Assembly: GCA_049966395.1 (NCBI GenBank)
Contig: JBMFUT010000007.1
Span: forward strand, 1 to 29,859
Source of the DNA: Candidatus Micrarchaeia archaeon
Lineage (GTDB): Archaea > Micrarchaeota > Micrarchaeia > Micrarchaeales > CABMGC01
Length of the DNA: 29,859 nt
Reading direction: 5' to 3'
Below are positions 18,797 through 26,361 of the stretch, piece by piece. The notes under the pieces are model-generated. The model was not told the origin of the DNA, ran no database searches, and saw only the letters and a list, made by a program, of their open reading frames with translations. Position 1 is the stretch's first letter; each line of letters opens with the position of its first letter. The position numbers and the translations under genes were made by a program.

Positions 18797-19687
18797 CTAA
18801 TCTTCAATTTTCTCAGTCACAGTGCCTTTAGCGAATATGCGCGGAACGCTTTCGCGCAAAAGCAGGAAATCGTCGCCTATTTCAAGCGGCACCGGCTTTG
18901 CAATTGAAATATCCCCATTCTCTCCCACCACGGCGTTTGCGTAAGTGAAATTAGATACAAAACCGTAGCTTTTGCCTTTTTCGACTTCTGCATCTGCAAT
19001 GTTTGCGACGTTTATCTTGGCTCTTATTTTTCTCGCTTTCGAGACGAGCGTGCTTGAAATCACGTCCCCTTTTTCTATCTCATCTGCATCTATGCCTTTT
19101 AGCGCCAGCCCAACCCTCGTGCCGTAGCCGGCTTCCTGAATGTCCTTGTCCTGGCTTTGTATAGATTTGACTACTACCTTTTTGCCAGAGCTATGGAAAA
19201 GCTCATCGTGGACTTTCACGCTGCCCCTTGTAACAACGCCAAGCACAACGGTGCCTACGCCTCTTACGACAAAGGCCTTGTCTATGTCTATGCGCGTTCC
19301 TCCAGCCTGCGGCTTAGGCGCGCCTGATATTATCCTGTCAAGGACAGACTCCCTACTGACTATCTCGAAATCATTCAGCGACCCTGCAAGCAGTTTCGTG
19401 ACGTCGTTGTCGTTTGTGAGCATAACCTTCTTCCCAAGCAGAGAAGCCGCGACCACCATTTCTCCGAAAAGCCTGTCTATTGTAGAAGTGCTCAACAGTA
19501 TCTTGTGCGAAATGCACATAGCTTCAGCCGCGCCGTAAAACTTTTCCTCTATCGAGGACGGCGCAAGTGCAACAATGGTGCTGCCAGAGTACTGCCTGTT
19601 GTAGAAAGTTATGCTGTTCTCGGATCCTTTTTTGCCTACAAATGAAGCCAGTGTGCTGTCCAGCGGTATTGCCACAATATGATTCAT
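18797..19687 (-). CDS. SelB-like / EF-Tu-like factor (archaeal SelBL family) with degenerate G domain
   Basis: N-terminal GKKGSENSITFY and EF-Tu domain II motifs IDKAFVVRGVGTVVLG, VKSIQ and RVGLALKG. Start ATG 19687 after SD GGTGA gives 296 aa. The longer ORF extension is antisense to the next gene. Confidence 0.85.
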   Translation of the reverse strand: MNHIVAIPLDSTLASFVGKKGSENSITFYNRQYSGSTIVALAPSSIEEKFYGAAEAMCISHKILLSTSTIDRLFGEMVVAASLLGKKVMLTNDNDVTKLLAGSLNDFEIVSRESVLDRIISGAPKPQAGGTRIDIDKAFVVRGVGTVVLGVVTRGSVKVHDELFHSSGKKVVVKSIQSQDKDIQEAGYGTRVGLALKGIDADEIEKGDVISSTLVSKARKIRAKINVANIADAEVEKGKSYGFVSNFTYANAVVGENGDISIAKPVPLEIGDDFLLLRESVPRIFAKGTVTEKIED

Positions 19688-19736
19688 CTTTTCACCAACA
19701 AATTCATGCTGTTGATTTTGTCCTCGCAAGTATAAG

Positions 19737-20084
19737 ATGTCGCAGATAAATATAAATATCAGAAATGCGCAAAGTAAATCAGTGGGGAATGAGAGGGTGG
19801 AGAAAGGAATATCTGCGCCAGCCGCGAAAAGGCTGAGAGCCAGACTTATAATAGAAAGGAAGGATGGTGGTGCGCTTTCAGCCTTGCTCGAGAAGGAATT
19901 TTTAGGAACACTCAAGGTGTTGGGAGAGGAAGGTGCAACCGACAGGGATAAGCGGGCATTCATAATAGAATCTCTCTCATCATTTGCCGAATCACACCAA
20001 AGTACAAGAGAAGCAGAGGTAGCTGAAAAGACAGTAAAGACTCTTGAAGTAATAGACATGCTGGATTTGCTGAAGGGCGGTTAA
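19737..20084 (+). CDS. Hypothetical soluble protein
   Basis: 115-aa ORF with ATG start and typical Glu/Lys-rich composition. Fills the gap, divergent from the SelB-like gene. No recognisable motif. Confidence 0.6.
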   Translation: MSQININIRNAQSKSVGNERVEKGISAPAAKRLRARLIIERKDGGALSALLEKEFLGTLKVLGEEGATDRDKRAFIIESLSSFAESHQSTREAEVAEKTVKTLEVIDMLDLLKGG

Positions 20085-20112
20085 TCATCAGCACCATGCT
20101 GTAGCAATTTCA

Positions 20113-20145
20113 TCGTTTTTTGTCTAACTTTCGTTTTTTGTCTAA
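20113..20145. repeat. Tandem direct repeat, 2 x TCGTTTTTTGTCTAA (period 18)
   Basis: Exact 15-nt copies at 20113-20127 and 20131-20145. Confidence 0.85.
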
Positions 20146-20217
20146 ATATCCTGTTACTAAACATACTTTGGCAATAGCTTTAAAAATATATCTTTGTTTT
20201 GTTATATCGTGATGAAC

Positions 20218-20574
20218 ATGGCAAAAAGCGAAAACAATTGGGCAGTATTCGGTCTGTTGTTCATAGGAAGCCTCTTCTATCTCTATGTAGCATTCACATC
20301 GTCCGGTAGCTATGCCAACGGCGCATGGGGCGCAGCTGCACTATGGCAGCCATTCTTCTATGCGGCTGCAGTGATTAGCGCAATTGCTCTCTTCTTTGTG
20401 AGCTTTGGGTTCATATCCAAGTCTTCAAAGGAGCTGGCATACTGTGCAAAACTTGCGACAGTGGGTGGAGGTTTTGCGCTGATCGCGCTGACAATGGGTA
20501 GCATTGGCTATTTCCTAGCAAGCATAATAGGATTCATAATAGCCTTCATAGGAGTAATAATGACATACAAGTAG
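20218..20574 (+). CDS. Small 4-TM membrane protein, unknown function
   Basis: Four hydrophobic segments. TATA-like TTTAAAAA at 20178-20185. Start is ATG 20212 or 20218. Confidence 0.75.
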   Translation: MAKSENNWAVFGLLFIGSLFYLYVAFTSSGSYANGAWGAAALWQPFFYAAAVISAIALFFVSFGFISKSSKELAYCAKLATVGGGFALIALTMGSIGYFLASIIGFIIAFIGVIMTYK

Positions 20575-20592
20575 GCGCGGCAGCATGTCTTT

Positions 20593-20614
20593 GGGTGCGG
20601 CTGTCGCTGCACCC
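20593..20614. terminator. GC-rich hairpin between convergent genes, possible terminator or 3'-stabilising element
   Basis: GGGTGCGGC-TGTC-GCTGCACCC forms a 9-bp stem with one G-U pair and is followed by an AT-rich tract. Confidence 0.45.
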
Positions 20615-20642
20615 TATTATTTATGTAAACTCTTTCTTTGTT

Positions 20643-23105
20643 TTACTGCGAGCTGTTGTATATTATCCTGAATATCTTGGTGTCGGTGTTAATGTATACA
20701 AGCTGCATTTTTGCCACGCTGCTATTCCAGAGGCACTGCTGGTTGTTGCAGAAGTATAGGAACTTAAGCATGTTGCTTAATTCAAGGCCTGTGTTAAACA
20801 CATAACCGCCGGTTATGTTTATGGCCATGTTTGGGTTCCTTATGGTAGAATATGCTATTACCAGGAGCTCTCCGTTTGTCTTGTTGTATGCGTTCTGCCT
20901 CACAATGCTGAACGTGCCATTTACAACGTTGTAGAATGCGACGTAAGTCACTGGGGATATGCCGTTGCTGTAAATGAGGTAGCTGCTCACCGCCTGTGTG
21001 TTATTTACAACCTTGAGGATTGTCCTTTCAGAAATGCCATTGGGGCTTGAAAAGGTTATTATCTGCGTGCTGGCGTTTACATATTCGGACATTCGCGAGA
21101 AGGGCAGGTAGCCGAATAAGCTGGCGTTTTCCTTGGTGCCGGACTCAGTATATATGCCAGAAGTTTCAAGGAGCCAAGAATACCTGACAAGCAGGTAATT
21201 TGGCTTTCCGTTTATGCTGCTAGTCAAAAACTGTCCGTCCGGGCTTGAATTGAGGAGCCATGCCGCAAATGCATCTGCCTTTGTGACATTCTGCGAGCCG
21301 ACGCTGTCAGTTACGCTTGTCCTGTTGGCTACCCCCTCTACAACGCTGCCGTCTGGCCACAATGTAAGCACCACCGCATTCGCGCTCGAATTGTTCTTCA
21401 GCCACTCCAGCGCGCTTATGAACTGTGGATTAATGTTGTCTGCTTGCACAAGCACAGAAGTATATACAACTGCAAGGAAGAACATGTATATGCATAGCGC
21501 AGCCAGTACTCCATAGCCGATCATTTTGTATCTCTTGAATCTGAGCACCAGCCAGTAGACTGTATAAGCAGAGAATATTGCCAATGGCACTGCGAGAAGC
21601 GAATTGAACCTTACTGCGTGCATTTGGAGGTAAGCAGTGGTAGCGTAGTATGCAATAAGCACAAGCAAGGCTTCGTCAATGCCGAACCTCCATACGGCGT
21701 GATTCTCCCCATTCCTGTTTTCAATTTTCATGAATGCGTAAGGCGCGAAAAATATAAGCATCAGAAACCACATTACGTACTTGGGGTGCAGGATGTAAGA
21801 TGAAAGGTATACCACTATTGCCATTGGCGTAGTAAAAAGGCTAGCTCCGAAGCTTGCGAAAAGGAACTGGGGCGTTGGTGGCTGCAATTCCTCTATCGTC
21901 ACTGCAAAATTGCTCCCGGTGGTTATGAAACCATTTGCAACGAATATGGAGTAGACAAAAGCCGGCGCCGCAACGTCTATTGCTATCAGTGCTGCAGCAA
22001 CAAAGATCGTCGCGGTAACGAATCTCCCCCTCGGCGTCTGCACGAACAAAAGTCTTTCCTTGTTCTTCAGCAGATAGTCAGCAAGGAAATATCCTATGAA
22101 CATTAGGGCAAGGAGCATGATGAAGTACTTTCCTGTGAAGGTCTGCTCAAGTATGAACTCAAGGAATTTGTAGAGGTTGACGAGCAGGTACCACAAAAGC
22201 ATTGCAATGAGCATGTAGCCGCTGTTCCTAAGCATCTTCCTGTCGGCAATCACAAAGGCATAAGCTGCTATGAAGAAAAATGCAACGACGTAAGTTGCTG
22301 TGGCAAACGGCGCACCGTTCCAAACGAAATTGCACACGCTCAGGAAAAAGCCTGAGAGCAGGGCGTATTTCAACTTTGCATTTTTGTCGTTGGTCTTTGC
22401 TATCTTTATGGCGAAGAAGAGCGCAATTATAAGGAAAATGGTCACGAAGCCGTCTCCCCTGTAGATGAGCGTGCTTGTCCTTGCTGCGTCACCCATGCTC
22501 AGCGCAACGAAGAGCATTGCAAGGAGACCGAGCAACCTGCTCTTGCCAAGGTACCTTACCAGGTAATAAGCGCCTATGACGTCGAATACGCCGAAAAGCA
22601 CTGGTATGAGCCTCATTATGGTGTAATAGCTCACGCCAAAGAAACGCAAGAAGAAATACGGAGCCAGCGTTACCCAGTAGAGGCCATGAGGCTCCCCAGT
22701 ATAAGTATGCGCGGGCCATCCTGAAAGAACGAGGTATTTCGGTATTATGAAACCGTCATTGACCGCAGCTCTTATAACAGAGAAATGGTAGAAGCCGTCA
22801 GGTTCATAAAAGCCGAAATACTTGAGCATCGGTATTCTGAAATATATTGTCACTACAATTATAGCTATGATCGCGGCAATGAATAGCCAGTCTGCCCCTG
22901 TGAGATTTTTGATGCTGTTTGAAAGTATCTTCTTCTCTATTTTTTTCTCTGCTGTTCTGTCTGCCTCCAGTTTTTCTTCGTCTTTTATTTCCTTCTTTAG
23001 TATCCTCTCTTCTTTGTCAATGAGCTTTTCGCTGCTTTCGACGAGGCGCTTCTCACCCTCCAGTCTGCGCAGTTTGTCATTCAATTCGGACTCTGATTCT
23101 GGCAA
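20643..23105 (-). CDS. aglB: STT3/AglB-family oligosaccharyltransferase with atypical WWDxG motif (LWPDG)
   Basis: About 13 TM helices. EPDGFYH (first catalytic Asp), YRGD (RxD variant of DxD), TIEELQP (TIxE), AVRF, ALEWLKNN...LTLWPDG...ANRTSVTD, C-terminal KIFRI. TTG start. Confidence 0.85.
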   Translation of the reverse strand: MPESESELNDKLRRLEGEKRLVESSEKLIDKEERILKKEIKDEEKLEADRTAEKKIEKKILSNSIKNLTGADWLFIAAIIAIIVVTIYFRIPMLKYFGFYEPDGFYHFSVIRAAVNDGFIIPKYLVLSGWPAHTYTGEPHGLYWVTLAPYFFLRFFGVSYYTIMRLIPVLFGVFDVIGAYYLVRYLGKSRLLGLLAMLFVALSMGDAARTSTLIYRGDGFVTIFLIIALFFAIKIAKTNDKNAKLKYALLSGFFLSVCNFVWNGAPFATATYVVAFFFIAAYAFVIADRKMLRNSGYMLIAMLLWYLLVNLYKFLEFILEQTFTGKYFIMLLALMFIGYFLADYLLKNKERLLFVQTPRGRFVTATIFVAAALIAIDVAAPAFVYSIFVANGFITTGSNFAVTIEELQPPTPQFLFASFGASLFTTPMAIVVYLSSYILHPKYVMWFLMLIFFAPYAFMKIENRNGENHAVWRFGIDEALLVLIAYYATTAYLQMHAVRFNSLLAVPLAIFSAYTVYWLVLRFKRYKMIGYGVLAALCIYMFFLAVVYTSVLVQADNINPQFISALEWLKNNSSANAVVLTLWPDGSVVEGVANRTSVTDSVGSQNVTKADAFAAWLLNSSPDGQFLTSSINGKPNYLLVRYSWLLETSGIYTESGTKENASLFGYLPFSRMSEYVNASTQIITFSSPNGISERTILKVVNNTQAVSSYLIYSNGISPVTYVAFYNVVNGTFSIVRQNAYNKTNGELLVIAYSTIRNPNMAINITGGYVFNTGLELSNMLKFLYFCNNQQCLWNSSVAKMQLVYINTDTKIFRIIYNSSQ

Positions 23106-23420
23106 AAAACCCCCGCGCTATTGCAAGCCTATCACGGCATGCAAATATTAAAGATGCAATATCTTTTGCTTTGAAAATTCAAGTTTTTAACTCTTTCGCA
23201 GCATGCTGATTTCAATTTGCCATACTGCAGCTGAGCCAATGCAAATATTGCGTTGCAGATTTTATAGTTGTATAAGACAGGATGCACAAACTTTAAATAT
23301 ATTAAGCTAATCCTAAATTTACACATATCGCGGAAAACAATTACCAATGCGAGGCTTTCTGCTTTGGCGCGCCTCACGCTGCTGAAAAAAATTCGCCGCA
23401 GATTAAATTTGGATGGTTAG

Positions 23421-25109
23421 ATGGCAAAATACGTTTTAATTGCCGATTCTAGTCTGTCAGCAGATTTTAGGAATTTCCCGCTGCTGAGCTTCCTTCCAAG
23501 CGCACCTACCAATCTCGTGCCTGGCCCTATATACTACTTTCTCAAAGGCCCGCTTTTCAGGCCTGACAAGGAGGGTAGATCGGCTATTACAACTTACGCA
23601 CTCAGGAAAATAGAAGCCGCGCTTTTGCAGAGATACAGCAGCTCAGAGGTCGTTGTCGCGCATGAAAATTTCCTTGAAAATTTCATAAAGGAAGACACCG
23701 AGATAATAGCTGTAAACACAATGGATCCTCTTGGCTTGGGTCCTCTTACCATGTCATATTTTGCGCTTCTCGGAGGAGAATCTGGGGCATGGGTGCGAAG
23801 TGAATTCTACAAGCTTATCAAAAGAATAAACGCGGCGCGTCGCGGGAAAAAGGCCAAGCTGGTGGTCGGAGGCCCAGGGGTGTGGGAGCTTACGCTTAGG
23901 CCTGAGGAGCTTGACGAGCTCGGCATAGACTACGCTTTCCAAGGCGAGGCAGAGGACATTATACTGGAGCTTTTCGAGCAGCTTAGCAGCGGAACCATAG
24001 ACAGCAATATGTTCTTCCAAGGCTACATGACTATAGACGACAATTTTCACAGGAGCTACGTGAAAAATCCAAAATTTCTCACAAGAAGCCTGAAGATAGG
24101 GTCAGGCACTCCGTTGGAGAAAATCCCTGCAATCAAGCATCCTGCGCATGCCGGGATGGTCGAAATAATGCGCGGTTGCGGTGTCGGTTGCGATTTTTGC
24201 GAGGTGACTCTCAGGCCGCTTAGATACTATTCAGACGAGATGATATTAAAAGAAATAAGTGTTAACCTTAATGAAGGAGGCTTCGACAACGCATGGCTGC
24301 ACACTGACGAGTTTTTCAATTTCAGACACACGAAGGCGAATCTGGAGCCGAACGAGGAGGCACTTGTAGACCTTGTCACAAAAGTGATGTCAATACCTGG
24401 TATAAAGCGTACAAATCCAACGCATGCAAGGATATCCCCGGCTGCAGCATATCCGGAAATGATGGAAAAGCTTTCTAAAATAATGAAGGCAGGGCCTAAG
24501 AATTGGATAGGGGTCCAGGTGGGAGTTGAAACAGGCAGCGACTCTCTTGCAAAGAAGCACATGCCGAACAAGACCCTTCCGCTTCACATAGGCCCAGACG
24601 GAAGCTGGGGCGAGATAGTATGGGAAGGCACGAAAAACATGAACAAAAACTTTTGGAGGCCGGCGTTCACTTTGCAAGTAGGTCAAGCTGAAGAAACGGA
24701 CGACGACAATTGGGACAGCGTGGCTTTGATAAACAAGCTAAGCAACTCGTACGTTGACGGAAGGCCTTTTGAATTCACCATAACTCCAATGCAAAACGTG
24801 CCCCTTGGATTGATAAAAAGCAAAGGCTTCTCAATGGCAAAGCTAACTCCCGCCCAGTTTGCTGTTTATTATGCTAGCTACAGGCACCTTTACAAGATGG
24901 CCATAAGGGACGCAAAGGCAGAAAGCAAAGGAAATTTTGTTGTCAAGAATGGTACCGCATCACTTATAGCTCTTGGAGGATGGGGAATGCTTAGGTTTGT
25001 GGAGGGTCTTGCCAGGAAGGCAGGCACAGACATAGAAAAGGCAAAGTATTACGGTGTCGAAAGCGCGTCAGAGAAGCGTATAGAAACAATGACAGATTTC
25101 AACAGATGA
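23421..25109 (+). CDS. B12-binding-domain radical SAM protein, GDGT ring synthase (Grs)-like family
   Basis: CxxxCxxC (CGVGCDFC, 24177-24200). N-terminal YALRKIEAAL, MDPLGLGP, VVGGPGVW and QGEAE, plus VEIMRGCG and QVGVETGS. These match my recollection of Grs-family motifs and need HMM confirmation. Confidence 0.75.
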   Translation: MAKYVLIADSSLSADFRNFPLLSFLPSAPTNLVPGPIYYFLKGPLFRPDKEGRSAITTYALRKIEAALLQRYSSSEVVVAHENFLENFIKEDTEIIAVNTMDPLGLGPLTMSYFALLGGESGAWVRSEFYKLIKRINAARRGKKAKLVVGGPGVWELTLRPEELDELGIDYAFQGEAEDIILELFEQLSSGTIDSNMFFQGYMTIDDNFHRSYVKNPKFLTRSLKIGSGTPLEKIPAIKHPAHAGMVEIMRGCGVGCDFCEVTLRPLRYYSDEMILKEISVNLNEGGFDNAWLHTDEFFNFRHTKANLEPNEEALVDLVTKVMSIPGIKRTNPTHARISPAAAYPEMMEKLSKIMKAGPKNWIGVQVGVETGSDSLAKKHMPNKTLPLHIGPDGSWGEIVWEGTKNMNKNFWRPAFTLQVGQAEETDDDNWDSVALINKLSNSYVDGRPFEFTITPMQNVPLGLIKSKGFSMAKLTPAQFAVYYASYRHLYKMAIRDAKAESKGNFVVKNGTASLIALGGWGMLRFVEGLARKAGTDIEKAKYYGVESASEKRIETMTDFNR

Positions 25110-25113
25110 CATT

Positions 25114-26361
25114 CTACGCCAACTTTTTCTTGGACAGGCTTCCTTCCCTTTTTGCTTTTCTCGCATACATGAAAAGCCCTGCAGAGGCTATTATGTTTGT
25201 AAAAAGTATTATAAGAAATATGGTATCTACAAAACCTGGGATTACAATTCCAAGTGCCAAAGGCATAGTCGCAACTATAGTAGGCGAAAGACCTCTTGCC
25301 ACATCGAAAGATGCAAGCACTCTCTCGCTCCCTCTTCCTTCCTTGCTGAAGAAGCCGCCAATGATTGGTATGAACAAAGGCCTGAGGAAGAATATTATTG
25401 CCGAGACTGTTGCTGCGACTGCCACGATGCCAAGCGTGGCGTCGCTTATCTGGAAAAGTATTCCTATGTAGACGAAGAAGAAAGTGCTTACGAAGAAAGT
25501 TATCTCCTTTTGATAGTCTTTTATATGCGCGAATTCCTTTTTTATGTCGTAAACATATCCCTTGAAGACGCTTATGTAAGGCATGTTCGCTATGGCTATT
25601 CCGAAAACAAAAATGGCTACTGCTCCGTTCAGTCCTATTGCGGATGCAGCGCCATATGTCGCGACTACCATAGTCATAGTGAGCATCCAGCTATAGCTCT
25701 CGCTGTACTTCTTGAAGTTCTTTAGTATAAATATCCAAAATAGGGCTGACAGCACGCCGAAGAAAGTGGAGCTCACGAAAAAATTGAAAAGCATGTAAAG
25801 TGCAGAAGAGATGTTTGCGTTTCCGCTCTGCAATATGGCAAAAAGTATTATAGGTATTATCAGCTGCACTGAGTCAGTAACCACGCTCTCGAAGACTAGC
25901 GCGGACTTAAGCTTTTCATTGGCACTGGTAATTTTCATTATCGTGGGCAGTATGACGCTGCTAGGTCCTGCTATCGCGAAGCCGCATATGAACGCGATTA
26001 GTATGTTCCAGTGCGTCAGAAGGAATATTGCCGTGCCAGAAACTATACCTGTTGCTATCGCAAGCATGAATGTGAATTCCGTCGTCTTCACAATCACCTT
26101 TTCAAGCTTTGAAAGCCTTATGCTCATTCCCACGTCGAACAAGACGAATGCGATGGCTACAGCTGTTATATAGGGAGCGAACTGCACTATGCTGCTGTTG
26201 CTTCCTGTGCCGACGAGCTTCAGCAATGGACCCATGATGAACCCTATTAGCATTAGTGGCAGCACCACCGCAATCTTGAGTCTATCGAAAAGCGCATACA
26301 GGACATAGCCAAAGAACACTATTGCTGAAAATAGGATAAATACTTCAGTAACGCCAAGCAT
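25114..26361 (-). CDS. Cation:proton antiporter (CPA1/NhaP-like)
   Basis: About 13 TM helices, LFDVG, ESVVTD (ES..ND-like), FFVYIG, RP and ARGLSP motifs. Start abuts the helicase stop (TAG-ATG). Confidence 0.88.
   Translation of the reverse strand: MLGVTEVFILFSAIVFFGYVLYALFDRLKIAVVLPLMLIGFIMGPLLKLVGTGSNSSIVQFAPYITAVAIAFVLFDVGMSIRLSKLEKVIVKTTEFTFMLAIATGIVSGTAIFLLTHWNILIAFICGFAIAGPSSVILPTIMKITSANEKLKSALVFESVVTDSVQLIIPIILFAILQSGNANISSALYMLFNFFVSSTFFGVLSALFWIFILKNFKKYSESYSWMLTMTMVVATYGAASAIGLNGAVAIFVFGIAIANMPYISVFKGYVYDIKKEFAHIKDYQKEITFFVSTFFFVYIGILFQISDATLGIVAVAATVSAIIFFLRPLFIPIIGGFFSKEGRGSERVLASFDVARGLSPTIVATMPLALGIVIPGFVDTIFLIILFTNIIASAGLFMYARKAKREGSLSKKKLA

Noticed and set aside
18714..19687. 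Selenocysteine system (true SelB plus canonical archaeal SECIS)
   Set aside because: No in-frame UGA read-through candidate, selD or tRNA-Sec in the window. The hairpin lacks the GC-rich apical stem after GAA that canonical archaeal SECIS elements have, and the protein lacks an intact G domain.
19688..20059. N-terminal 124-aa extension of the 420-aa ORF 18797..20059
   Set aside because: It is the antisense shadow of the plus-strand gene 19737..20084. A good SD (GGTGA) precedes ATG 19687, where family similarity begins.
20113..20145. CRISPR array
   Set aside because: Only two 15-nt copies separated by 3 nt, with no spacers and no cas genes.
23132..23377. 81-aa ORF in the aglB / radical SAM intergenic region
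   Set aside because: No SD or motif, atypical Cys-rich composition, and it spans AT-rich promoter sequence.
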